Positions 1 through 12,266 of a DNA stretch of 64,000 bases are shown piece after piece. The position numbers and the translations under genes were made by a program. The stretch spans positions 62,001 to 126,000 of the forward strand of contig MU057648.1 of NCBI GenBank assembly GCA_013265495.1, read 5' to 3'. The DNA comes from Vicugna vicugna. Lineage: Eukaryota. Positions within the stretch are counted from its first letter, which is position 1. Each line of letters opens with the position of its first letter. The notes under the pieces are model-generated. The model saw only the letters and a list, made by a program, of their open reading frames with translations, was not told the DNA's origin and ran no database searches.

Positions 1-98
1 TGTGACACCTTGGGCCAATCAGTAATCTCAAGTCTCAACTACCCCCTCTGTCAAATGGGCTTGTATCAGAGCACCTTAATGACTGCCTACCACCTCTA

Positions 99-476
<378 letters not shown>

Positions 477-1394
477 TTAAGAGAAAAAAAATCATCCTGA
501 GAAGGATGTAGAAAGGCCAGAGTAACCTATTAGAGGAGTGTCAACAGGGACTCCACAGGAGCAGTCATCTTATGGAAATGCAGAATGAAATGGTAGGTGA
601 GGGTCTGAGAGGAAAGAAGCAAAGTCTGAGGGAGGAATTTGATGAATTTGATGGGAGTTGAGGTCGAGGAGAGGGCACTGCTTGAGCCTAGGACTGGCCG
701 GATCTGGGATTTGGATCTGGGCAGGGGAGGTCAGAGGAAGCTGGAAAAAAGAGAATAAACAGTTTGGACAGAGTTAAGTTGGGTAATAGAGTAATCCTAA
801 GAGAAAAGGGTTTGGAAAAATCTAGAAAAGTAAGGAAGTTTGGGGAGGACAGAGACGTGAAGAGACTCGGGAGGGTGAGAGACAGGATGGAAATGGAGCC
901 AGGTGCTCCAGATGAAACTAGAGATGACAATTTGGTCAAAATTGGATACCAGCCATGGAGTTTTCACTTTTTGATAATTTGGTTACACCGTGAAGTGATT
1001 TTACAACTACATATCTTTAAATATTTTTGCCCATTTAAAAATAATTGCTCATAATATTTCCTTTCAAAAATTTGGAAACTATCTAAACGTACCATAGGGA
1101 TTTGACAGGACAAAACATAGGACAATTTTTAAAGAATAAAATATTTTGAAGGATTAAAATTTTTTTTTCCTAATTCATTTTTAGAAGGTTTGGAACTGTG
1201 GTTTTATGAAATGTCTGTACATTTACAAATTAGTAGTTCAATGCCCTTTATCGCCCATTTACATTTTTTCTGACAGCAAAGACATGAGCTGATGGAAAAG
1301 GCTAGTTTGGAGATCAAGATGCTCACCTACAAAAGTCCCCCAAATCCTGTCAGAAAAAAAAAAAAAAGCCCTAAATACTCAAAGATACATGAAA

Positions 1395-1654
1395 CAGAAT
1401 AGATAAACAAGATTGTACTGTGTAGCACAGGGAAATATATACAGGATCTTGCGGTGGCTCACAGCGAAAGAGAATGTGGCAATGAATGTATGTATGTTCA
1501 TGTATAACTGAAAAACTGCTCTACACTGGAATTTGACACAACATTGTAAAATGACCATAACTCAGTAAAAAATGTTAAAAATAAAATAAAATAAAATAAA
1601 ATAAAATAAAATAAAATAAAATAACACTGTTTTGTCTATTGGGGGAAAAATAAA
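1395..1654 (+). mobile_element. 5'-truncated lineage-specific L1 3' UTR fragment with (TAAAA)n tail
   Basis: Same family as 44297-44554 (shared gaatagataaacaag...tagcacagggaaatatat...gacacaacattgtaaaatgac). 14-bp target-site duplication aaagatacatgaaa at 1381-1394 and 1655-1668. Confidence 0.85.
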
Positions 1655-2318
1655 AAAGATACATGAAATACTATTCACCCATTCAGTAGTGCACCAAACG
1701 TATCAATACTTCCTGGGAAGGTGAGGGGAAAGGCAGTGACTGGAAATATTCCCTTTCAAGTGATAACTAATAATCATTTTGAACCAAACTGCTTTCCAAA
1801 GCAAGCATCTGTGGCAGCCCGGAGGATGCTCTGAGGGGCGGTGTGAAATGGGAGAGGAAGGGTAACTGGGGTCTGTGAGGACTGGGGCCGGCTTGAGGGT
1901 GCCGGGGGCTTTCCCGGGGCCACTGGGGAAAGTAGCGGCTGAGGAGGGGAGTGGCAGGGCTGCGGGCACCTGGGCCTCACCAGGCTCTAAGGGAGTTCGC
2001 GGCTCGGCCCAGAAGGGACCCTCGGGGTACAGGACGTCAAGCCTGGGAGACCGAAGGGCCGGGGCGATTCGGAGGAGGTGTGGGTTGGAGGTGGGAGTTC
2101 TGGCCTCTCCCCGGCGTCTGGGCTGCGGGCGTTCAGGCTCCCGGTACCCCGGGGGTGCGATGAGCTTAGCAGGGAAATCCAAACTCTCCGGGGTTCCAAG
2201 AACAGGTCGGGCTCCGAGGGGCCCGAGGCTCTGGGAGGGCCAGGGCCAAGGTCCCAGCGGCCGGCTGAGGGAGCGGGGGTCTGAGGGAGTTCGGCTGCCC
2301 TAGGGCCCCGGGCCGCAC

Positions 2319-2596
2319 CTGAAGAGCATCAGCGGCTGGGAGGTTCGCGGCCGCAGGAAGCAGATACGCGGCTGAGTCCCCACGTGAATGTCGGGGCGGC
2401 TGCCGAGCCTACCGCGCCAGAGGAAGACCGAAGCCGGGCTGGTGCCAGAACTGGTGGTCGCCTGGTCGGCGGCCGCATAGGCAACGGGCGAGCCTCGGTT
2501 CCAGGTGATCGACGGCCTGGGCTGCTGGCTAGCTGCTGGGTACTCATCTTCCACCCTCGAGAGTGTCTCAGGAGTTAGTGACAGCTGGGGATCCAT
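2319..2596 (-). CDS. C5orf52: C5orf52-like protein, coding exon 1
   Basis: ATG at 2596 (start codon less certain). MDPQLSLTPE...QQPRPSITWNRGSPVAYAAADQATTSSGTS...RGRLGSRPDIHVGTQPRICFLRPRTSQPLMLF resembles the human C5orf52 N-terminus (RPSVT..[28 protein letters not shown]). Donor CAG|GTGCGG at 2318. Confidence 0.82.
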
Positions 2597-2719
2597 ACTC
2601 ACCGAGGGCGCGCAGACGCGGAGTGAACCCTGCGCAGGCGCAGAGTGAGCCTTGCGCAGACACGGTGCGCAGACGCGCTGCGCTGAGCACAGCGCGTTGC
2701 CCAGGAGACGCGCTAGTGA

Positions 2720-2931
2720 GGCGGGACCGGGGCTCTGGGCAGGCAGTGTGCGCGGAGCCCGGAAGGCTGCCGACGCAGCAGGATTGTCCCTCGGCGACTG
2801 CCGTGGTGCGGCCCGGCGCGTTGCCGTGGAGACTGGTTAGGAGAACTGAAGAGGGCTGCAGCGCGCTGAGCGGACCGTACTTCCTGGCTAGGATTGCGGT
2901 GGTCCCCACGCGATCGCCGGGCGGTAACCGG
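2720..2931 (+). other. DUSP18: Putative non-coding first exon of DUSP18 (start approximate)
   Basis: Strong donor CGG|GTGAGT at 2932 in the CpG island; matching acceptor ctctctccctgcag ending 4954 upstream of the CDS. Confidence 0.6.
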
Positions 2932-5024
2932 GTGAGTCTGGGTGGGGCAGCTCCGGGGCCGGGAGACGAGGCTGGGGTTTCTCCGTAGACCCAGCACGGT
3001 CAATTCCTCCCCGCGACAGGGGACCATTGCTATGGGAACCGGAGCGCCAGGCCAGCGGGAATTGCGGCTTCCCGATCCTGATCCGTCTTCTCCCAACCCG
3101 AGATCCTCTCCCAGGGTTGCTCCCTGAATGAACTTGTCCTTTCGCCCGCACGAGAGAGGTAAGACACCGAAGTCCTGACACCGAGCGGGTGAAGACGCCC
3201 GTTCCAACGCCAACTCCCCGGGAAACCTACCTGATTCACCCCTGGAAGTGGCGTCTTTCTCCCGTCGACACTTGACTTTGTTCCACGTTTATAACCCAGT
3301 ATTAACGAAAGCCCCGCGGTGTGGCTTGCCGACTTTTCCCACACGTAATGAGACCAGAAAGACCGGCTGTTGGACCTTGCTTTGTGACCCTAGACAGGTC
3401 ATTTCCCCTTCTTGCCTCACTTTCCCCGTGTGTAAAATGGAGATATTAACTTCAGACACCAGCTCACTGTGTTGTTTTGGAGATGGAACCAAAGCTTTTA
3501 GGCCATGAAACCGTGACTGAGCTGCTGCGGAGTCGCTGTTTCTCCCCCTCCCTCCCCCCCACGCTAAACGTTCTTCAGATCTTTGTGTCATTTCTTCCGG
3601 CGATCTGTGCTTCTCCTTAGCCCCAATCTGAAATTAATGCCTTTACTCTTCATTCCTCTAATGCCCTGCATTATAACCCCCCTAACAACAGCAACAATAG
3701 CTATCATTTACAGAGGGCTCACTCTGTGCCAGGCCCTGTGTTAACCGCTTTAGGTAGGTTACCTCACGTAATCCTCAGAAGATTCTTGTAAGGTAAGCAC
3801 TATCATCCCTGTTTTCCAACTCTGTTGCGCTTGTCATTGCCTATTTAATGTCTGCCTTTCCCACTTGACTTTGAGCTCTGTGAGGCGGGGGTGATGGCTG
3901 TCTGGTGCATTTCAGTATCCCAGCACCCAGCACCTACTACAGTGCCTGATAAATATTTCTTGACCAGCAGGAAAATGACTTTCCTCCCATCACTACCCTC
4001 ACCTTCCAGAGCAGTGTCTCCTCTGCACCCTCTTTGTCCCTGTAATTGGCAGCAGTCTCCACTATTCCTGTTGCCCACTGGACACTAGTTTTGGGGTCCC
4101 TCAGTCCACTTCTGCCTTGGTTTTCGTGTGTTAAGGATCCAGAACATCCCTTAGCATATAGGCTTCCATCTGGGTTTGGGGGATGGCCTTTTCCCCTGCA
4201 CTCACGTGACATTTAGAACAAACCAGCCCCATCTGCCCTACTGGGGATGAGCCTGTTGCATTGGACTTTGGGCATTGGATTTGTCTGTGCAGCCTTTGCC
4301 TTCCTCTCCTGCAGCCCAAGAACCACCCTCACCTCGACCCAGCTCCTCCCCAAAATTCTAGAGGTGGCAGAGTCGTGGTTGTTGGAATCATTCCTATGTT
4401 CAACAGATATCTGTGGGGACAGGCAACTTGGCACTGGTGATATAGTAGAAGTGAAGATAGACACAGTGCTATCCCAGAAGGATTCGTGGGCAGATCACAG
4501 CAAAACCACATCTTCAATAAATGTTAGGAAGAAGGGCACCTGGGGCCTGCCTGGAGCAGGGACTTGATTAAATGTAGGGGTAGGGGTGTAGTCCTGGGAG
4601 GTTTCCTTCAGGAATTGACCCTAGGTGAAGATCCCAATGCCGAATGGAACATATTAGGATCTGGCAGACTTGTCAGGAAAGGGGGTTCTGGTTGAGAGAA
4701 ACAAAGGCCCTGGGCCAGAGAGGATCAGATCCCATACAGAACTGCAATTGGCTTGGCCTCCCTGAGGTCCTTCAGGATGCAGGAAAGGTTAAAAGGAGGT
4801 GGGAGAAATGGGCAGGAGCCAGGCCACAAAAGGCCTTGACAGCAGAGCTAAGGGGCTCTGTCTCATTCTAACAGGGCAGATGCTGAAATATATAAAATAT
4901 ACTGAGGGGGAACAGAACTTGGGCTCCTCACTTGTGTCCTCTCTCTCCCTGCAGTTCTCCATGGACACAGCCTAGCAGGAAGATGCAGCCTTCATGCCTC
5001 GTTGGCCGCTGACCTACCGGCCCA

Positions 5025-5591
5025 ATGACAGCATCCCCGTGTGCCTTCCCGGTTCAGTTCCGGCAGCCCTCGGTCAGCGGCCTCTCACAGATCACCAGCA
5101 GCCTGTATATCAGCAATGGGGTGGCTGCCAACAACAAGCTCATGCTCTCCAGCAACCACATCACCACGGTCATCAACGTCTCTGTGGAGGTGGTGAACAC
5201 GGTGTATGAGGACATCCGCTACGTGCAGGTGCCTGTGGCTGACACACCCGGCTCGCGGCTCTGTGACTTCTTTGACCCCATTGCAGACCACATCCACAGC
5301 GTGGAGATGGAGCAGGGCCGCACCCTGCTGCACTGCGCCGCTGGCGTGAGCCGCTCAGCCGCCCTCTGCCTCGCCTACCTCATGAAGTACCACGCCATGT
5401 CCCTGCTGGAGGCCCACACATGGACCAAGTCGTGCCGGCCCATCATCCGGCCCAACAATGGCTTTTGGGAGCAGCTCATCCACTATGAGTTCCAGCTGTT
5501 CGGAAAGAACACAGTGCACATGGTCAGCTCCCCTGTGGGAGTGATCCCTGACATCTATGAGAAGGAGGTCCGTCTCATGATCCCACTGTGA
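5025..5591 (+). CDS. DUSP18: Dual specificity protein phosphatase 18, 188 aa, single coding exon
   Basis: ORF MTASPCAFPVQFRQPSVSGLSQIT... with catalytic HCAAGVSRS, general-acid loop VPVADTP, AYLM motif and IRPNNGFWEQL. Position next to SLC35E4 fits DUSP18 rather than X-linked DUSP21. Candidate ATTAAA at 5772-5777. Confidence 0.96.
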   Translation: MTASPCAFPVQFRQPSVSGLSQITSSLYISNGVAANNKLMLSSNHITTVINVSVEVVNTVYEDIRYVQVPVADTPGSRLCDFFDPIADHIHSVEMEQGRTLLHCAAGVSRSAALCLAYLMKYHAMSLLEAHTWTKSCRPIIRPNNGFWEQLIHYEFQLFGKNTVHMVSSPVGVIPDIYEKEVRLMIPL

Positions 5592-7289
5592 GCCATCCTG
5601 TCAGCCCCTGCGGCGAGGTCAAATGTACAGATCTGCCGTTGATCCTACACCAAGATCTGCCCTTAAATGGTCTCCCTTTGTTGATACAGAAAAACCAGAC
5701 GATGCCTTTATACAGGCAAGAAGAAAGGAAGTGTGCTGCAGCTTTTAACCTGATCATTCCTATCGTTAAAGATTAAACTAAGTGTAAGATGGTAAAGAGA
5801 AGTTTCCTACCCCGTGAGTGACAGCTTGTGGCTGCTGACCAGAGGGGGAGGGGGAGCCAGGTGGTACCCAGGTCAGATGGGCCAGCACCCAGTGTGTAAG
5901 GCAGGCCTGGAATCCTGCAGCTCTCCCCCCAGGAATGAGTCCACCACAATCTCATCTCACTCTTTCACATCTGAAGCCAGCCTTAAGCATCACATCATCT
6001 CCTGTGCTTCCCACAGTAAGTGCCAACCTACTGGATAAGTAGCCTTCAAGCGTGCTCTGGGAGCCCAAGGGGCCCCATGCAAAGCCAGCTTCCATCTTCA
6101 ACCACAGGGGCTCAACTCTGGTTTTCTACATTGGCCTTACGTGTAAGATAGTTTTCAAAAGAAGCATTCCATTAGATACAAATTTTTAAAAAACATTTCT
6201 TTTTGAGCACTGTTGTACGTGGCAAGGTCCCCTTACCACCTTTTGGTTAAAGGTGACATTAGTCTTTGTCTCGGGGCCCATGTGGAGAGCGGGCCTGTCA
6301 TCAGGCTCCAGAGGTTCCCCTCACAGGCCTCGGCTCAGAAGGCTGGAGCTGCGGCCTGGAACCCAGCCTTGCCAGCTCCTGCCCGTGTGATCTGGGGCCT
6401 CCTGGAGCCTCAGTTTCCTCACCCAAGCAGTGACAGCCCTTTTCCTCACAGGGTAGTCATGAAGATTCCATGATTCCTTAGCGCGGTGCCTGGTACGTGG
6501 TAGGTGCTTAGTGTAACCCGCAGCTCTCGTCACGAATGATGCTCTGACCCCGCTGGTCCAAGTCGGCAAGTCATCCTCACAACAGCCTTTCCCCCATCTG
6601 TGTATAGCCCATTACTGCTTACAAAATGCTCTTCCAAAAAGTCATCCTGCGTGGGAAAAAAGTGGTTTAAGGCCTTTCCAACTCTGCCTTGGAGGAGGCC
6701 TAGACCTCGAAGCCTCTTCAGAATTCCCATTATGTTTCATCCACATGTGACCTGGGAACCGAGCTTCCCCCAAAGGGCCTTGTTTAGATCGCTGATCATC
6801 AGAGCCAGCGATGTGGCTGGGGTCCACAGGGTGTGTCCCAAAAGGACAAACAAGTAGGCCCTGCCAGTGGGCCCCAGAATCCAGGAGTGTTCATACCCCA
6901 GCCCCAGTGCCTGAGGATCTGGGTCAAGACCAGCTCTTCTAATCCAGAGATTTTTAGATGAACATTATACGGGCCAGACAAAAGCACAACTGCTCTGTGG
7001 GTCCAGAGCCCACTGAAGGCCAAATGCTCCTTCTCTCCAAACCTATCCCACCCCTACTTCCACACAGGGCCTGCCCAGGGCTGCAGTTTAAGGGTCGGGG
7101 GGAAGGAACATCGCTGCTCTAGGCTGATCTCATTTGAGAGTTGAATGAATAAGCAGACCCACAAAGACCAGAGCTGGTGTGGCAGTGCACCCACAAAGCA
7201 GAAGAAGCCCATCTGGAGGAAACCCAGACGGGAAATTTCTTTGAAAGCATTTTTTTAAAAAGCTTATTTGGATATGTTTTGTTTCAGTT

Positions 7290-10200
7290 TTTAAAACTTT
7301 TAAAATTAACATACCATAAAATTAACTTTCTCCTACGAGAAGTCCTATGTGTTTGAACACATTTGTGTAACTACCTCCACCATCAGGACCCAGAGCAGTT
7401 CCATCACCCCCCAGACTCCCTCATGCTGCCCCTTTGCAGGCATACCTTTGTCCCACCCCAGTCTCTGGCAAACACCTGTCTCTTCTCGATCCCCACAGAT
7501 CTGTCTTTTCCAGAATGTCACATGGTCACATGCATTGAATCATAGAGGATGTATGTAACCTCCGGAGACCAGCTTCTTTCAGTACAAGGTCTTTAAGAGT
7601 CACACCTGCTGCTTTTTATGGCTAAGTGGTATTCCTGTATGACGACACTACAGTTTGTTTTACATTGACCCGCTGAAGGATATTTGTGTGTTTCCAGTTT
7701 GGGGTGATTTTGAATCAAACTGCTGTGATTATTTGTGTATAGGTTTTTGTGGGAACATAATTTTTCATTTCTCTAGGGTATATACCTAGAAGCAAGATTG
7801 CTCAGTCCTATGGTAAAGATTATGTTTAACTTTCAAAAATGACCAGACTTCCAGAGTGGCTATACCATTTTGCATCCCACTCTGAGAGCTTCGGTTTCTT
7901 GCCAGTATTTGGAACTGCCAATATTTTTTATTTCAGCCATTCTGATAGGTGTGTATTGTTAGCTCATTGTGGTTTTAAGTTGCATTTTCCTAATGGTTAA
8001 TGATGTTAAGGAAAGAGTCTATTAAACTCTTTTACCCATTTTTAAATTGAGCTGTTTTCTCCCTATTGAATGTTGAGAATTCTTTATATATTCTGGATAC
8101 AAGTCCTTTATCAGATACGGATTTTTAAAATATTTTTCCCCAGTGTGGCTTGTCTTTTCACTCTCTTAAAAGTGGCTTTTGCAGAGCAAAAGTTTTCAGT
8201 TTTGGTGATGTGCTACTTACCGGTTTTTCCTTTTTTGGATTTTTTTTTTTTGGTGTCTTGTCTAAGAACTTTGCCTAAGCTCAGATCACAAAGCTTTTCT
8301 CTAATGTTTTAAAGTTTGAGAGTTAAAGTTTTTCACTTATTTCTATGATTCTTTTGCATAAGGTGTGAGGGGTAGTTTGAGGTTCGTATTTTTTCCTGTC
8401 AATGTCCAGAGGTTTCCTTTGATTGAAGACTGTCCTTTCTCCATGGAGCTGCCTTTGCACCTTGGTGTGAGTCTGTTTTTGTACTTTCAAAACTTGTACT
8501 GTCTGTTTGATGTGTGTCTTTCTCTTCACCAATACCACACCATCTTGTTTACCGTAGCTACAAAGTAAGTCTTAAAATCGAACGATATGAGTCCTCCAGT
8601 TTTCTTCCTTTTTAAAAAATTGTTTCGGTTTTTTTAGTTTCTTTGCCTCTCCATATAAATTTTAGAAGCAACTTGTCTACATCGACGACAACAACAAAAA
8701 TTCTGCTGGGATTTCTATTGAAATTACATTAAATCTGTTGTCCAATCCGGGGGAGAATTAACATCTTGACTTGAACTCTTCTGATCTGTGAGCACAGTGT
8801 GTCTCCCCGTTGATGTAGGTCTTTGATGTCTTTCATCAGTGTTTTGTAGTTTTCAGCACACAGAGCTTATATATTTTATTACAGTTACACCTAAATATTT
8901 TATTTGAAGGAGGGCATCATAAAAAGAATTTTTTTTCAACTTTGGTTTCCAGTTGTTCATTGTTAGTCTATAGAAGTACAATTGATTTTTGTGTATTGAC
9001 CTCGTATCCTGTGACCCTGATAAATACACTTATTCTAAGAGCATTTTTGTAGATTCCTTGGCTGTCTACGTGTAGACAGTCATGTCACCTGCAAATAGAA
9101 ATAGTTTTATTTCTTCCTTTTCCATCTGAATGCCTTTAGTTTCTTTTTTTATTACACAGCCTGGGGACTTCCAGTATGGTGATGAGCATGAGTGGTGAGA
9201 ACAGACGTTCTTGCCTTATTTCTGACCTCAGAAAGTGTTCAGTCTTTGACAGTTAACTACGATGTTAGCTATAGGTTTTTCTTGTAGTTGCCCTTTATTA
9301 GGTTAAGGAAGAGTTGGAAAGTATTATCTTCTCTTCTAGTCCCTGGAAGAGATGTATGAATTGGTGTTATTTCTTCTTTAAATGTTTGGTAGACTTCAGC
9401 AGTGAAACCATCTGAGCTTTTTTCAGAAGGATTTAACAATAAATTCAATTCCATTCATAGTTAAAGGATTATTCAAGTTATCTGTTTCATCTTGGGTGCG
9501 TTTTGGTAGTTTGTGATTTTTGAGGAATAGGTTATTTCATCCAACCATCAGATTTATGCATGTAGAGTTGTTTATAGTGTCCCCTTAGCATCTTTTTTAT
9601 CTGCAGGGTCTGCAGTAACATCACCTTTTCATTTTTCATACTGATCATTTGTCTTCTGTATTTCTTTGTTAGTCTGGCTAGAGGTTTATCAATTTTAAAA
9701 GATCTTTTTAAAGAAGTACTTACCTTGTATTTTTAATTTTCTCTATTGTTCTTCTCTTTTCTATTTCCTTGATTTCTCCTCCTAATTATTTCCATAGTTC
9801 TGCTTGCTTTGAGCTTATTTTGTTCTTTTTTCGAATTTCCTGGAAGGTGGAAACTTACATTATTGATTTGAGACCTTGCATCCCACAGAAATCAATATGT
9901 TGCATTTTCAATCTTGTGCATTTCAACACATTTTCTAATTTCCCTTGAAATGTCCTTCTTTACCCATGTGTTATTTAGAAGTGTGTGGTTTAACTTCTAA
10001 GTATTTGGAAGTTTTACAACCATCTCTCTGTTACAGGTTTCTAGTTTAATTCCATCAGTCAGAGACCATTCATTGTATGATTTCATTTCTTTTAAACTTA
10101 TTAATGTTTACTTAATGATGTAGGTTATGGTCTGTCTTGGTAAATGCTTCATGTGCACTTGGGGGAAAAAGGGGTTTATTTTGGATGGAGTGTTCAATAA

Positions 10201-10900
10201 ATGTCAATTAGGACCAGTTGATTGATAATGGTTTCATTTCTCTTACACACTTCCTGGTTTTCTAGTTACTTGTTCCATGGATTACCAAGAGGAGTGTTAA
10301 AGTATCCAGCTAAAACTGGATTTGTGTACATCTCTTTTCAATTCTATTAACTTTTGTTTCATGTACTTTGAAGCTTTGTTGTTAGGCGCTTCATGATTGG
10401 GATTGTTATGTCTTCATGGCGAACTGACCCTTTTATGAACATCCAGTGTCTCATTATCTTTCTTTAGCAAGTCTATTCTGCCTGATATTAATACAACCAC
10501 CCCAGCTTTGTTTTAAGTAAGTATTTGCATGATGTATCTTTTTACATCCTTTTACTTTCAGCCTACCTATATTGTTATATTGGAAGTAGGTTTCTTGTAG
10601 ACAGCATATAATTGAGTCTTTTTTCATATATCCAGTTTGTCCTTTAATTGCTGTGTTTAGACCAAAAATATTGATATTTGGACTTAGGTCTACCATTTTA
10701 CTGTTTTCTGTTTGTCCTCTCTGGTTTTCATTCTTCTATTTCCCTTTTCCTGCCTTCTTTTGGATTATTAATATTTTTAAGTATTCCATTTAATTTTGTA
10801 TAGTCTTTTTAGACATTGCATTAGAGACTATAATATACATACTTAACTGTTCATAAGCTGCCTAAATTAATATCTTACCAGCCTCACTGTTATTCATACT
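7290..10900 (-). mobile_element. Old degenerate LINE-1 (L1M-type), 3' UTR through ORF2 endonuclease region
   Basis: T-rich + strand. Minus-strand remnants IICCLQETYF...RLKVKGCKKIHHANT (endonuclease) and DGFTAEVYQTFKEEITP (RT region). Further L1-like pieces near 11450-11870. Confidence 0.85.
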
Positions 10901-10906
10901 GGATAA

Positions 10907-11420
10907 TGTATTAGTTTTCTCTTGCTGCCATAACAAGTTACCACCAACTTAAGACAACACCTATTTATTACTTCACAATTTCCGGAGGTCAGAAGTCTGG
11001 TTAGGTTTGACTGTCTTCTGCTTAGGGCCTCACAAGGCCAAATTCAGGGGATTTCATAAGCCTGAAATCCAGCATATTTTTCAAGCTTATTGAGATGGTT
11101 GACTTCAGTTCCTCGTGGTTGAAGAAGACCCCATTTCCTTACTAACTTAGCTGGGGGCTGCTCTTTTCTCCTAGAAGTTGCCCACATTCCTTTCAGTGCT
11201 TTCGTGGCCCCTCCAGCAAGAGCGGGTTGAGTCCCTCTCACACTTTAAATACCTCTGACTCTCCTGCTGCATCTCTGAATCCAGCCAGAGAAAAATCTCT
11301 GCTTTTAAGGATTCATGTGAGTAGACTAGGCCCACCCAACAATCCAGCCCTGATTTTTAAAGTCCATAAACTCAATTACATCTGCAAAGTCTCTTTTATC
11401 ATAAAAAGCAACGTTCACAC
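10907..11420. mobile_element. MaLR (MLT1-type) LTR
   Basis: Typical MLT1 end tgtattagttttctcttgctgccataacaagttaccac...ggaggtcagaagtc; subfamily not determined. Confidence 0.7.
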
Positions 11421-11878
11421 TTTCCAAGGAATAAGGCATGGACGTGTTTGGCAGAGGTGGACATACTGCATATCACAGACAATTTCTACCGCTCTGTCTT
11501 CAAGTTCACAGCCTTTCCTCAGTCACCTCCATTTTGCTACTGAGGCCAATTACTAGTATATTTTCAAATTTTGGTGAATGTATTTTCTTAGTGTTAAATA
11601 TTCTATTTGATTATTTTCTGTACCTTCTATGCCTCTGCTGAGACTTTCTATCTTTTCATTTCTAAAGTCTTTTTCTGATAATTCCAATATTTGGGTCATC
11701 TCCGTGTTTAAACTTTCTTGACTCTTTATACATAAAGTAATTTTGGATTGAATCCTGGACACTTTAAATATTATGCTATGGGACTAGGTCTTGGGTAATT
11801 CCTATGGAAGATGTTGAGTTTTTGTTTTAGGAGGCAATTGATCCACGTAGGATCAGTTCTGTTCTGCCTCCTGTAGGC

Positions 11879-12266
11879 TGTTAAAACAATAGGCTCAAAA
11901 TGGAGTCACTTGTGCTAAGCCCAACCGCACCAAGCTGAGACTTAATTGAATTATAGTTTTGGCTCTCCCAGAAATGAAATATTAAACCAGTCAATCAGGA
12001 GTCACCTCCTCAGCACTAGTTAGGCAATCTGCCTGATAGATCCCTGCCATCCCCTAAAGGAAAATAACCTTGCGATAACCAACGCGCTTTTTTGCCTAAG
12101 ACAACTTCCTCGTTCTTGCTCCCTTCTGCATATGAAAGTCTTTCATTCTGTACAGCTCCTTGGAGCTCTTCCTATGTGCCAGATTGGATGCTGCCCAATT
12201 CATAAATCGTTGAATAAAGTCTGTAAGATCTTTAAAATATACTCTGTTGAATTTTGTTTTTTAACA
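11879..12266 (+). mobile_element. Solo ERV LTR
   Basis: TGTTAAAA...TTTTAACA inverted termini, AATAAA near 12213, imperfect 4-bp flanks aggc/gggc. Confidence 0.75.

Larger units (their letters stand above)
1800..3350. promoter_or_regulatory. CpG island; bidirectional promoter of C5orf52-like (-) and DUSP18 (+)
   Basis: High GC and CpG density. C5orf52-like ATG at 2596 and a DUSP18-oriented donor at 2932 are about 340 bp apart. NRF1-like and RFX X-box motifs lie between them. Confidence 0.85.
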
